Source: Octopus sinensis (Eukaryota). Taken from it: 64,000 nt of DNA. The notes below the pieces were generated by a model that saw nothing but the letters and a program-made list of their open reading frames with translations, ran no database searches and was not told the DNA's origin. Both the position numbers and the translations under genes were made by a program. Shown piece after piece: positions 1 to 13,077 of this stretch. Position 1 is the stretch's first letter. Each line of letters starts with the position of its first letter. The stretch lies in assembly GCF_006345805.1 (NCBI RefSeq), contig NC_043000.1:144460001-144524000 (forward strand), given 5' to 3'.

Positions 1-2
1 AT

Positions 3-66
3 AGCAAAATTAAGGAACGGCCATAATGGGTTGAACGGCCTATTATGGCCGTTCCTTAATTTTGCT
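3..66. repeat. Perfect 25 bp inverted repeat (hairpin), possibly cut by the window edge
   Basis: AGCAAAATTAAGGAACGGCCATAAT (3-27) is the exact reverse complement of 42-66, with a 14 nt spacer. Confidence 0.9.
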
Positions 67-158
67 GTTGAATTTATTAATAGTCTCTGACTATTTCCTT
101 TTTCCCACTAGACCGCTGGTGGCAAATAATTTCTGAATTTTTTGCTACCCTATATTGA

Positions 159-240
<82 letters not shown>

Positions 241-388
241 TTACATACATTCCACTGAATGTATATATTGTTGTATTTCGGGAGGGTCAATCTTTTAACA
301 AATAAACACACGGACCATATATTTTTCGTTTATTGCTATTCGTATTTTATAATTTTAGCTCCTATCCATATATATATATATATATATA

Positions 389-765
389 CACTTGCATCAG
401 AAATTAATTAGCACTTCTCAAATTTCTACATTAAATAGGTTAAATCAATTAACCTATGAGCTGTTCAAAACGTCTTACGCGATGAGAAAACTTAGTAAGG
501 TGTGATTTCGGTCCTTGCGAGGCGCTACCTATATCTATTAAACAAAGGAAGAATTGTCTGCATCCGCACTCCAAGTTGTTGCACTGCTATGTCAATATCA
601 TAAGGTTGTAGACTCTCAAACTGCTCTGCAAACAAAGTTACGTCATCGTTCTGCGCAACAGTGAACTCGCAACAAGGCAATAGTTCGAGATATGGCCACT
701 AGGTGACAGCACATACCTTGAGTGAAGAGCAAATCAAGGGTGCTAATTAATTTCTGACGGTAGTG
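389..765. mobile_element. Tc1/mariner-type non-autonomous element (MITE), 377 bp
   Basis: 26 bp TIRs CACTTGCATCAGAAATTAATTAGCAC vs reverse complement CACTACCGTCAGAAATTAATTAGCAC (23/26); TA on both sides within (TA)n; no ORF. Confidence 0.75.
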
Positions 766-823
<58 letters not shown>

Positions 824-899
824 TATATATATGTGTGTGTGTATGTATAATAGAATGTGAGTACAAAGGAATGAGACCTCGATATTAAAGAAATAGAGG

Positions 900-952
<53 letters not shown>

Positions 953-1419
953 ATATATATATATATATATATGCTATAAATTAGAACATAAAAAAGTTTG
1001 TTGTTATTATAGTACTCGGAGATTCGAATGACGGAGCGAAAAGATACGATACATTCTCGTCAGTTATTAATGGCAGCAGCCGCTACGAAAAACAGTTGAA
1101 TATAAGGGAAGTAACTGTAATACCTGGAACAAGAAAACAAGAAAAAACTTTTAAATATAAAGTATACAAAATAAATTTATATATAAATATACACAACCAT
1201 ATTCTCACAATACATACACATGAACCTCCTGCGTTCAAAACGTTTACATACGTACACACTCACACAATATATATGTATGTACGTACTCATACAGGCACAC
1301 ATATCCACACGCACACACGAACACATGTATATATCTATGTATGTATGTACGCGGCCTCATCTTCATATACACATAGGTGCTTACATGTATACACGTAACA
1401 TAATACATATATATTTAGA

Positions 1420-2005
1420 GATTTAGTGGCTGCCCCCTCATTATCGAGTATTGCCATTGCGCGATGCTTAATCAATGTTGTTATCGTGCAATGCCTGTGC
1501 AAGAATATTTTTTTAAAGTGAGGAAAGTCTGTGCACTGAGTCAATCCCACTCACTAAGCAACAGCAGCGATAACCCAAAAAGAAGAACAAGTCAACATCA
1601 TCGGTAACCACTGAGCCGCAGGTCTTATGTCGAATTTATCCCAGTTACCACAGTTACCTTCACCTATAAGTTATCCCAGTTACCAGAGTTACCTTCTCCT
1701 AGAAGGATACCCTAACAAAGGTTAGACGTCCTTCACTCCCAATGGTTTAACCGTGCGATCGGGTATTCAGTCCGATTACTTCCATGTCCCCGCGCATGAT
1801 ACAGCCTTAAGACATTTATTGGATGGCCGCTCACTCTCAGGAGTTCCTCCGCTCTTTGACGGGTTTTGTTTTTCATCCTGCAGGGTCTCCATTAAACACC
1901 CTCCTCACCAAGCAAGCTTTCTGGTGTTGCCGGTTTAGACGCCGGCGACCAGACCATGCAACAGGTTGTACTGGGTTACATGTTACCAGTAGCACTCGAA
2001 AGTGA
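1420..2005 (-). mobile_element. Probable 5' UTR fragment of an RTE-clade LINE
   Basis: GC-richer island; minus strand has CTAGGAGAAGGTAACTCTG, resembling an RTE 5' UTR motif as I recall it; internal 35 bp tandem duplication at about 1636-1705; no RT/EN ORF. Confidence 0.4.
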
Positions 2006-2139
2006 CCTGACATATTTAGATATTTATACGTATAAATACGTACATATACGTAAATATACAGATATACATTTGCACTTCTGCGTACACACACATACGTGTG
2101 ATAACTTCAGAGTGATATATAGAGTGTCATCACCACCGA

Positions 2140-2255
2140 GATTCATTTTGCCTTCTATTCTTTTGGGGTCGATAAATTAATACTGCATACTGAGGTCGAT
2201 CTAATTGATTGGCCCCTCCACCAAAAGTTTGGGCTTTTTGCCAAGAGTAGAAAAC
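2140..2255 (+). mobile_element. SINE family B central-domain fragment
   Basis: TTTTGCCTTCTATTCTTTTGGGGTCGATAAATTAA matches the core of the 13 kb SINE array. Confidence 0.65.
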
Positions 2256-3066
2256 TACATAGGGTGTCAGCATGTAGTACTCAGCGATATCAAGAATAAG
2301 AGTTGAAATTATTCATAGCCATAAGGTAATCCAGAGGCAAAAATTCCGCTAATCTCCGAACTGTGATCAGGTATGGAAAAAGAAAATCGCCCGGAGACAC
2401 TTTTCTATGGGTTCCTTGGAGACTATATCAATATTTTGTTTTCTATAATATAAGTTTTGAAAACACGGTCTTCCTCTCAGTGTGTATTTTACTTCTCCTG
2501 GTAGGTTAACTCTTACGAGTTGTCCCTCTTTACGAAGGACGCCCTTGTATTTGTCAAGTTCATTCTTTCCAATAGATACATCTTATTTGTTAATGCTAGC
2601 GACTGCAGCAAAATTGAAATTTTGTTTATTATTTTAGCTTCGGTATCCACTTGTTGGTTTCAATGTTTTCTCTCAATTGCCTCCGTGATAATTTCATTTT
2701 CTTCATACGAAGAAGAAGAAGAGGATAAATTGTTAATGGAATGGGCCATCCTAAAAGGTTTCCCCCTTCGAAAAGCAGAAAAGACAACAGAACTGCTACG
2801 ATGCAGATAAATAAAACAAAAATTGGCAACAACAACAGGTAATACAGGACACTTCCACGATGAGAATTATCAGATTTTTAAAGCACAATACATTCGCTGA
2901 AGTAAAACACGTTCAACAACTCCAGTTATCCGTTTTCAAACTGAAGAATGTATGTTTTATTAGTTGATTAAATAGCAAAAGATTTTATCTTACAAGTATG
3001 CATACAGAGAAATATACACAAAAAAGAGAAAACAATATAAAGAGGTCGGAAATATTTTTAAAAATA

Positions 3067-3113
<47 letters not shown>

Positions 3114-3174
3114 TAATCCAAACAAGAAAACAAAAGGACAACAACGCGAGGATGTGGAACAAATAAAGTATTAT

Positions 3175-3237
<63 letters not shown>

Positions 3238-3300
3238 ATATATATATGAAAAAACAAGTAAAAAATAGAAAATGCTAAAATAATTTTATAGTGAACATTT

Positions 3301-3338
3301 CAGTACCGGTTTCGGTCATTTTGAGACCTTTTCAACTG
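3301..3338 (-). ncRNA. Minimal type I hammerhead ribozyme, U3:A8 core variant
   Basis: Minus strand CAG-UUGAAAA-GGUC-UCAAAAU-GACC-GAAA-CCG-GUA-CUG: stem I CAG/CUG, stem II GGUC/GACC, palindromic stem III ACCGGU, GUA cleavage triplet. Confidence 0.75.
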
Positions 3339-3958
3339 TAACGATTAAATAATTAAATTTAGAAAAATTAGAAGAAAAGTTTTTTTAAAAGAATATTTCT
3401 ATAGTAGTGTTCAGATTTAAGTGGCATTCTGCCTTTCTCTGACTCCCTTGTTTGCACTTCTGTGTTCGAGGTAGTTGTGAGTTCTTGGTAGGGTAGTAGA
3501 GGAAGGCTGGTGAGGAAAGGGGGGTGGGAGAATCTGGGAGTGCCCTGATGGTCGTATTTTGAATGGTCAGTGGCGGCTGGCAGTCTCAGTTCAATTCAGG
3601 AGAATATTTATATTGACAGGCTTGTTTATAGAATTAGCGTAGGTGTTATACTAAAAAACATTAGTGACAAACTTAAGGGGTAGGGGTGGAGAAGAAGAAG
3701 AAGAAGAAGAAGAAGGAGAAGGAGAAGGAGAAGATGGTGGTGATGATGGTGGCGATGATGATGACGCCGATGATGATGATGATAACGATGATGATGAAGA
3801 GGAAGAGGAAGAAGAAGAAGAAGAAAAAAACAGAGAAGGGAGAATATGAATGGGTGTAAATATAGCTATGAAGGGGCTGATTAGTAATGGATTCTATGGA
3901 GTGTAGTATTTGTGTGTGTATATATATATTTTTTCTTTTATTCTAAAGTTGAGGTATA

Positions 3959-4744
3959 TTAATTGTTTGTCGTAGACCCGTTAAGAAGTGGCTTGTATTT
4001 TGTAATAAAGAGATTTTCTTTACTTATTCTTTGTCTCGAGGTTGTATCGTCCCTAAATTGGTAGAGGGGGAAAATTCTGAAGTTTGGTGTTTTTTTGTTG
4101 GCGCAAGTATCTATGTGTTGGCTAAAAGCTATTTTTCTGTTTTGGGGAATTTTTATCTGGGATCTGTGCAGGGCCATTCGTTTACGCAAACCATTTTTTG
4201 TTTGGCCTATGTACTGCTCTTGACACCCGGAGCAGGTTAGTGAGTATATTAGGTTCTCCGAAGCACATGTGAAGTTGCTTTTCACTGTAAACCGTTGTCC
4301 CTGTTTGAAGGAGAACTCAGAACCCTCGATTAGATAGTCGCATATCCCGCAATTGGGTCTTCCACATTTTTTTACTGTCGGCTTCTGTGTTGAAGAGTGA
4401 ATTCGGGTTTGTGTAAGGAGACTTTTCATGGATCTAGGCTGTCTTTTGCTTTTTATGATCGTGTGTGTTTGGAGGATTGTGTTCATTCTGTGGTCTTTTT
4501 TTAGGAGGGGTATGTTGTGGAGGATGGTGTCGAAGGCTTCGTTATTGAGAGGGTTGTGTGTGGAGATGTATGGTAAGGCTTTTGGTCGTAAGTTTTTCTT
4601 TGATTTGGGATGTCTCAGTTCCTTGATGTTAAGTTGAAGGGCACGTTGAATGCACTTGTCAATAAGTGAAGGTGGATAGTTCCTGGTGATTAGGGTATCT
4701 TTTAGTTCTTGTAGTCGTGTGTCTCTGGTGTTTGCGTTAGAGAC

Positions 4745-4745
<1 letters not shown>
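3959..4745 (-). CDS. Penelope-type polyprotein C-terminus with GIY-YIG endonuclease (no start codon; about 260 uninterrupted codons)
   Basis: TRLQELKDTLITRNYP, CGRPNCGIC, NLIYSLTCSGCQEQYIGQT...RMALHRS...QHI...KENLFITKYKPLLN; the upstream part of ORF 3959..4936 is microsatellite read-through. Confidence 0.9.
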
Positions 4746-4779
<34 letters not shown>

Positions 4780-4808
4780 AAGGATACAAAAGTATGTGTG
4801 TAGAAGAA

Positions 4809-4839
<31 letters not shown>

Positions 4840-5795
4840 AAGAAGAAGAAGAAGAGAAGAAGAAGAAGAAGAAGAAGAAGAAGAAGAAGAAGAATGACAA
4901 CAACCACAACAACAACAATAGCAAGGACCACAACAACGAAACATTGGAAGACAGAAGGCGAAGTAGGGGAAGGAATGGAAGAGAAAAAAGAGAAAATGGT
5001 AAATAGAATCAAGAGAAAATATAAATATATCAAATAAAACAAAAACTAATGATAAAAAGAAATAAAAAATAGAGATAAGAAACAGGATTAACAGTAATTA
5101 AGAACAGTTGGGTGGGGGATTTAAGTCTATCAAGATTAACCAAAGTGCATATTTAAGAATGGTCACTATTGTGTACTTGTCAAAAGTTGACCTGTGTGTT
5201 GAGGTCACCAATTGAGTTCCCACGGGTGGAATGGTGAATATATACATCCACATACACACATACAAACACACACACATACATGCATATATACAAACATGCA
5301 CACACATATATATATACATACACATAGTAATACACTTATATGTCACATGACTTATACCTTTGCATTTACACACACATATGTATACATACATGTACATAAA
5401 CATACACATACACTCGCACTGTTATGCACACCACATACATATATATATACACACACATATGCATACATCACCATATATACATATATATACACTCATACAT
5501 ACATGTATACATTGACATATGCATACACATAACCACATACACATATAAATACTTAGGCATATATATATACTTACAGAAACATAAGTATGCTTGCATGCGT
5601 ACATATCTACACATATGGATACACATATGCATACACGTATAAATACACATATAATCACACACACTTATGCATGCATATGCATATATATATGTGTGTGTAT
5701 GTATATATATATATATATACATATATACATACACAGGCGCATTTATTCATGTATATCTTTCTCTCACTTAATCTCTCTCCACACTCCCTCTCCCG

Positions 5796-5827
<32 letters not shown>

Positions 5828-6112
5828 GTATATATATATACATATATATATATATACAGGGAATAATAGGAGGAAGAGTAGGAGCTTGGTGTATAGATCA
5901 AATTCTACAGGTCTGTTAATAGATTCGGCCGATGGTGAGTAGGTAAGCAATATACATTCTTGTGCGATATAGAACAAGAGAAGCCTCACACCCTTTGGAG
6001 AAGCAGAGGTCAAATGTGTTTATCACTACTAGATATAAATGAGACCACTGACCTTGGCCTTGAAAAGAAGTAATTCACCTTGTTCTGTTTTAAGTACTGA
6101 TAGAATAAAGAG

Positions 6113-6150
<38 letters not shown>

Positions 6151-6157
<7 letters not shown>

Positions 6158-6285
6158 ATCCAAAAATGAAAACACAAAGAGAAAACAACACAACGCGTGG
6201 ACGTAGAACAAGTATAGTGTTATTGGATGCTTAGGAAAGGAAAGAAAGAAGGGGGATTTAACGTTTCGAGTGGCGCTCTTTGTTA
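6151..6285 (-). repeat. Short dispersed repeat, probable Penelope terminal-repeat remnant (related copy at about 3109-3178)
   Basis: Both copies begin AGTTAATCCAAA...AAAAC...ACAACGCG after (TA)n; minus strand here keeps GAGCGCCACTC-GAAAC-GTT, a hammerhead half without the CUGANGA core. Confidence 0.45.
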
Positions 6286-6683
6286 TATATATAAACTGCG
6301 ATTGCATAGTGGATTTTGAGAAAAATATAACGTAAAATGGGACACGTGCTATTGGTCTCATAATTATAGGTTAGTCTTGGATGGCTATGTTACTGTTGAG
6401 AATTTGCCTAGTAAATTATTTTATTTTCTAAAAAAATTCGAAAGCTATAGTTATAACCGTAAAATCAAAATTAAAAATTTTATGTTTTCATTCCCTTTGA
6501 AATTGCTTAAATTTTGCGGTTTTATCTGTCTCCTAGCGTGTAGAAATTGCCTGTTATAGGTAAACGTACACTTTTTTATATTGAATAATATGTCGTCTGT
6601 TAACTTTTTATACATGCTAGGCCACTGGTAGTGAAATTTCTAAACATTTGCTACACTATATATCTTTCTATCTATTTATCTCA

Positions 6684-6732
<49 letters not shown>

Positions 6733-6736
6733 ATAA

Positions 6737-6816
<80 letters not shown>

Positions 6817-7178
6817 GTGTGTGTGTGTAAAAAAAATACAAACTGGGACAAACACGCAAAACATTTAGAAGACGATACAAAAACACGGACGGGACATTGG
6901 AAGCTTTCAATCTTCAGTCAAGAACCGGATCATCCTCGCAATTTCGGCTGATCAATCTTGAGATCGCTCCGATCCGGCCAGCCCCAAGGAAAAACTAAGC
7001 TACGAGCATTAGATTTCTTGGGAAAAGGATCGAATGTATACGAAACAAGGACAGAAAAACGGACGATACCACACGAAAATAAATACAAAATACAATAATA
7101 GTAATAACAGGACAAAAACACCGGATGTCTCACGACTATAGACAGTACAACTTAGCTTAGCTGGCGTATTTGGAAATG

Positions 7179-7209
<31 letters not shown>

Positions 7210-7433
7210 ATATATATATATATATAATAAATATTAGGGAATAAATCCAAATTTACGGATGCCTCACTCGGTTGATCTACTATTGAACTAAGACTACTCT
7301 CACTTCTAGATGTTTGTGTCCGTTGTTCTGGTGTTAAACTAAAAATACTATCTCTTTCTGATACGTGACTGTGCTGCTCTGAACTGGGAATACTCTCTCT
7401 TCCAGATATCTGACTTCGTTGGTCTCTCATTGA

Positions 7434-7509
7434 ACTATTTATTAAAATTTTATGTATTGATTAAGTCTTTCCTTGTTTGTTTTGCAAAATAGTGGTTTTG
7501 TCTCTAATA

Positions 7510-7516
<7 letters not shown>
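7434..7516. repeat. 83 bp direct repeat, copy 1
   Basis: Identical to 10820-10902; both run into (TA)n. Confidence 0.9.
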
Positions 7517-7582
<66 letters not shown>

Positions 7583-7616
7583 AATATATATACAGTTATA
7601 TATATACATATAAATA

Positions 7617-7662
<46 letters not shown>

Positions 7663-8621
7663 AACTCACACACACATATATACGTATACATACATACATA
7701 CATACATACATACATACATACATACAGAGAGAGAGAGAAAGAACGGGGCAGTGATGGAGAGACAGATATATATTATAGTTGTGAGTATATATATGTTGTT
7801 GAACATGAATTCTCAGTATTCGGGCCTGTGGGAAAGAAACTTAACCGAAAGTACATTTTCTGTACACAATATTTAGCGCCCACATGTTCGTAGCCCTCGG
7901 CAAAATAGGAAAACTGACTCTTACTGTTTTATAATACACCTGGAAAATTCAGTAAAACATATCAAATGCAAGATTATATTTTTTTCTCAAAGCAACTCCG
8001 TTATAGATCGTCACAAGACATATATTCTCCATATTGAATACACCTAAAGCATAATATTTGTTCAATAGATCTTTCATATGTATGCCTCAAGTCAATAAAC
8101 AATGAATAATGTGGTTGTTAATAACATATATCAAGTGTTGCTATCATATATTTTATTTCATTCTACGTGCTGATTACGAATACAGGATTGTGCGCACGGC
8201 TCGTTCAGAACATATATGAATTTCCTTACGCATGTATGTAATGGAGTGAGAACGGACCATTTAAAACTATATTATTATTACTATTATGGATTATATTTTG
8301 AAAGCATATCAACCACAGGTATGTACATTTGAGTATGTGTTTCGAAATGAACTTTCAAGTCAATAATAAATGAATCATACTTCCGTCACAGTGAACTACG
8401 TTTGACTAATTCGACTAGTAGGAACCTAGCAGTATCGAAAGCAAAATAAATACCAAGAGAGAAATTTACTTCGTTCTTGTACTTAGATCTTGTACTATAA
8501 CGAACAAATTGGTTCACACTGTGAATGGTCTAACACTATGAATTAATATTGAATATTATTCTTCATATTAGATCGAATCCAATAGAATGCGAGTCCACAC
8601 GCATTTCCAATATTCTGTTTC

Positions 8622-9661
8622 AAGTGATTGGAAAATAAAAACTTTTACCTTAGTCCTAGACCCTACAAGTTTTCTGCAGACTTAAATACAGACTGAAGTA
8701 AAATAACCTCGGCCTATATTATGCGCTGCTTCTTCAGTAGGTTGCCAGGACTGAACACATAGGCACGAAGCGATAAATAACCCGCCACGTGTCTATAGGT
8801 TCTATTTTTTTAAATCTACCGCGCAGAAGCGGAACTCAGCACTAGAAAAATAAATTGCCGATTTTCTTCCAGGATTAGCCAAAAAACATTTTATCATTAA
8901 TTAAAATCTTAGGGTAGCAAGAATATTCATAGAAAAATTCTTAGTTACCAGTCGTCTAGCGAGAAAGAAGAAATTAGTCAATAGACTATATATTATTCAA
9001 AGAAGAATACAGTGTACGTTCAAACACAAAAGAGATACCCGAAGAATAGGACATCTTATTCGCTAGAAAGAGTAGTTAAAACTCCAAGCCGCCAATTGTT
9101 GTAATTCCGAAAGTGATTGGAAAATAAAAACTTTTACCTTGATCCTAGACCCTGCAAGATTTCTGCAGACTTAAATACAGACTGAAATAAAATAACTTCA
9201 GCCTATATCTGGCGCTGCTTCTTCAGTAGGTTGCCAGGACTGAACACATAGACACGAAGCGATAAATAACCCGCCACGTGTCTATAGGTTCTAATTTTTC
9301 GAATCTACCGCGCAGAAGCGGAACTCAGCACTAAAAATTAATAAATTGCCGATTTTCTTCCAGAATTAGCTAAAAAAACATTTTATCATTAATTAAATTC
9401 TTAGGGTGGCAAGAAAATTCTTAGACAAATTCTTAGTTACCAGTGGTCTAGCAAGAAAGAAAAAATTAGTCAATAGACTATATACTATTCAAAGAAGAAT
9501 AGGGTGTACGTTCAAACACAAAAGAGATACCCGAAGAATAGGATACCTGACTCGCTAGAGAGAGCAGTCAAAACTCCAAGCAACCAATTGTTGTAATTTC
9601 GAAAGTGATTGAAAATAAAAACTTGGTATCTCTTTTGTGTTTGAACGCACACTGTATTCTT

Positions 9662-9663
<2 letters not shown>
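8622..9663. repeat. About 490 bp tandem duplication (2 units plus start of a third) ending in an inverted 39 bp segment
   Basis: Unit starts AAGTGATTG at 8622, 9111 and 9603; 9625-9663 is the reverse complement of about 9000-9039. Confidence 0.9.
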
Positions 9664-9698
<35 letters not shown>

Positions 9699-9700
9699 CA

Positions 9701-10020
9701 TTTAGAGTATCTAAGAGATACCCCCACGCTTGAAATAGCAGCCAAAACTTGTCTCCAAAACCACCAGGAGAGAAGACAAAAAGACAAAACAAACTAACAA
9801 ATAAACTAGTTTATTTTGTCGTTTTGTCTTCTCTCCTGGTGCTATATGAAGTTCTAACGTTGTTTTAGAGTCAAGATTTGGCTGCTATTTCAAGTGTGGT
9901 GTTATCTCTTAGATACCCTAAATTATTATTTCAATAATAATTATTACCTTTGAATGTTTTTATTCCTATGCTGGCCACTTGATATGTTCGATATTTAAAT
10001 AACGATCTTATACTTATTTA
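9701..10020. mobile_element. Foldback element copy 1 (hairpin 9701-9922 plus shared tail)
   Basis: Outer arms 9701-9761/9861-9922, inner arms 9762-9796/9807-9841; tail ATGCTGGCCACTTGAT shared with the 17.5 kb copy. Confidence 0.7.
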
Positions 10021-10021
10021 T

Positions 10022-10083
<62 letters not shown>

Positions 10084-10708
10084 AACACACATGTTTATAT
10101 GTATGTACTATGTATATGTGTGCATGTAGGTTTGTATGAGAGTGTATTTATGTGTGTGTGTATGTGTGTATGTTTGTAAATGCACAACTTTATACTACAC
10201 ATGATAATATGCAGTCTTGATATTTTTGATTTCTTGCTACAACCTGAATACAAGAAACGAGTGTCTTCTCATTTCATTAGTTACTAGAGTTTATTTCATC
10301 CATGTGCTTAATATGTGGTCGGAATGCAAGTGAGGCATCAAAATGGGCCATAAATATACAAATACTGCCGTCGTAGAATAGATTTTTATATAATACATAA
10401 TACATGGTAGAGTAATTTGTTCTGCTCGTTGAATATTCATGTTTTCAAAGAATTTAAAAATCTGAAATTCTTCCAGCAACGGTCGTTTGGCAAATCTCCT
10501 TAAATGTTAGGTTATGAATTGGGAAGCAAGCCAATATGTGATTTCTGAAATGGTTATTTTGAGCCAAGAATATAGCTGACTGAATCGAATATTATAGCTT
10601 TCGGGACAATGGCGGGAATTCTTTATTTTTACCGTTAAAATACCTAAACGAAGATAAATGTATTGTATATAACAAACAATGTGAATTCATCTTCAATCAT
10701 TTATGAAA

Positions 10709-10769
<61 letters not shown>

Positions 10770-10780
10770 ATATATATAAT

Positions 10781-10815
<35 letters not shown>

Positions 10816-10819
10816 TTTG

Positions 10820-10902
10820 ACTATTTATTAAAATTTTATGTATTGATTAAGTCTTTCCTTGTTTGTTTTGCAAAATAGTGGTTTTGTCTCTAATAATATT
10901 TT
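10820..10902. repeat. 83 bp direct repeat, copy 2
   Basis: Identical to 7434-7516. Confidence 0.9.
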
Positions 10903-10974
10903 ATATATATGTATATATATATGTATGTATATATTTATATGGCATATTATACAGAGAAGGTATATCATTCATCA

Positions 10975-11417
10975 TTTACTTGCTTAAGTCATTAGGTTTC
11001 AGCCATGCTGGGGCGCCAACATCAAGTAATTTTAGTCGAATGAATTGGCCCCAATACTTATCTATTGTTACACCTGTTATCTGTTCCGTCGGAAAGTTTT
11101 GCCGAACCGTTAAGTTATGGGGATGTAAACACACGAAAACTGGTTGTCAAGCGGTGGTTCGGGACAAATACAGATACAAATACACACACATACGCACACC
11201 GACAGAAAGGGAAACACAAACATGCACACACACAAGTATATGTATATATATATATACATATACGACGGGATTCTTTCAGTTTCTGTCTACCAAATCCAAT
11301 TATAAGACTTTGTTTGGCCCCATTCTATACGAGACACTTGCCCAAGTTTCCACACAGCGAACCTACAACCGGAATCGTGTCCTTGAGATGGAAGCTCCTT
11401 ACCACACAGCTACGCCT
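10975..11417 (-). mobile_element. tRNA-derived SINE family A, diverged
   Basis: Same head/microsatellite/tail layout as 20475-20892 (TTCTTTCAGTTTCTGTCTACCAAATCC, ACTTGCCCAAG, TTACCACACAGC). Confidence 0.75.
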
Positions 11418-11611
11418 ACATCTACACACACACACATCTATATGTATAGATGTGTGTGTGTGTGTATGTGTGTATGTGTGTGTGTATTTATTGTTGTGTC
11501 TAAGGAGAGTCATTGTCCCAAAATTATTAATAGCACACAACCTCGGATATTTAGCCAGTCAAATGGCAAAATATCCCACTAAATAGCGCGGCACATAAAC
11601 GAAATATATAT

Positions 11612-11727
<116 letters not shown>

Positions 11728-13077
11728 CATGTAAATATTTGTATATTTGTGTGTGTGTATAAACATATGCGTATATAATTGAATAAGATGGATTCATCAA
11801 GGAATTTAGAGGAACATTTATTTCTAATCACTACAATTGTTCCTACGCAACGTAGTTCTTCAGGTTCGTCGGTATTTGTTTATGTTACTGTTTCCATGTA
11901 TTATGACATTTTGTTGAGTTTCGTTAGATAATATATAATAAATATTGTTTTTGTCTTCAATAAACCCGAATTCGTTGCTTCAAGCGCATTTTTTTTGTCT
12001 GTCGTGGCTTGCGATGTATTAGTAACCTATCAACGCAAAAAAGAAATGTTTGCTGTGCTCTGATAGGCTGAAGAGGATACCGCTTTAAATTTATAGATGA
12101 TGTGGGAAGATGTTTCTCGTAGGGATGGTAAGTATTAAGGTTCATATCAAAGGGTTCACCATTCTATTTCTTCGTACAGCTAATTTATTCAGTCAGTTAT
12201 ACTTGCCATCTTCTGTGAATGACCTTTAAAAATTCACTGGTCATTCAGTTGCTGTACTTATATATGTACATATACATGGTCTAAGATTAGTTGCACGATA
12301 ATAGGATATTACATAATAGACTCAGGTGCGACATTAGTGTGTGCTAGCAAACTAGAGTGTCCGTTAGATCCAGGTACATAGCAGCCATATACTCTATGAC
12401 TGGACATGTTGAGTCGCAATTCTTGTTTCTCCAAAAGACCGTGTTCTTTGCACTAGGCTACGATAAAACTTGAAATAAAGTGAAACTCCTCATTTAGTTC
12501 TCAGTGAGTATGTCTATTCCTTCAGCATATTTCTATGAGTGGGCACTTGCTCTCACTTAGATCCCTATTACAGAGATGGGGCAGCTGTGAATTGTTCTTA
12601 TAAGCTTAAAACTTGTTATAATTCTAACGCTGAGCCTGATATCGAGCCCTGCTATTTCTTAAGCACTGTTTCCAATTCACTCCGAAAGATCACAATGTTT
12701 GGCTTATGTTACTGGTTTTAGTAAGCCCGAAAGTTTTTCTGTAAGCAAGCTATCTCTTTTTCTTATGGTGAATTTCAGTTGCTATCTTAACACCATTAAC
12801 CTATTAACCATAAAATGCATACAGTTTATAGTCAGCACTTGACTTCCCCATTTTGCAAGCAATAATTGTAAGAGGCATATGCATTACTTCTTATTAGAAA
12901 TGCTCTTGTATTGTTTGCATCCAAGAAACTTTTATTATAATTATGAAGAGAGAAAAAGTGAATGGCATATTTCGGTTCGCTTCAGCAGGATACCAAAGAA
13001 TTTTTCTTCAGAGTTATATGTCATAGATGCTGGGAAAATCTTTATCTACAAACGAATGAAATATGCGGACAATTGGA

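Larger units (their letters stand above)
3250..4745 (-). mobile_element. 5'-truncated Penelope-like retroelement (ORF end plus 3' terminal repeat)
   Basis: Open ORF with RT-thumb end, Cys linker and GIY-YIG domain, then about 700 nt of UTR containing a hammerhead; (TA)n at both ends. Confidence 0.9.

Noticed and set aside
1870-2005. HDV-like ribozyme at the RTE-like 5' end (also tried at about 17870-17935 and about 34540-34590)
   Set aside because: I could not trace P1, P1.1 and J4/2 together by eye; an RNArobo or Infernal search would settle it.
6895-6965. Minus-strand CUGAAGA-UU-GAAA
   Set aside because: No stem II.
8700-8740. Minus-strand CUGAAGA-AGC...GCY-GARG in the 490 bp unit (also near 9190-9230)
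   Set aside because: Lacks GAAA, a stem III A:U pair and a stem I partner.
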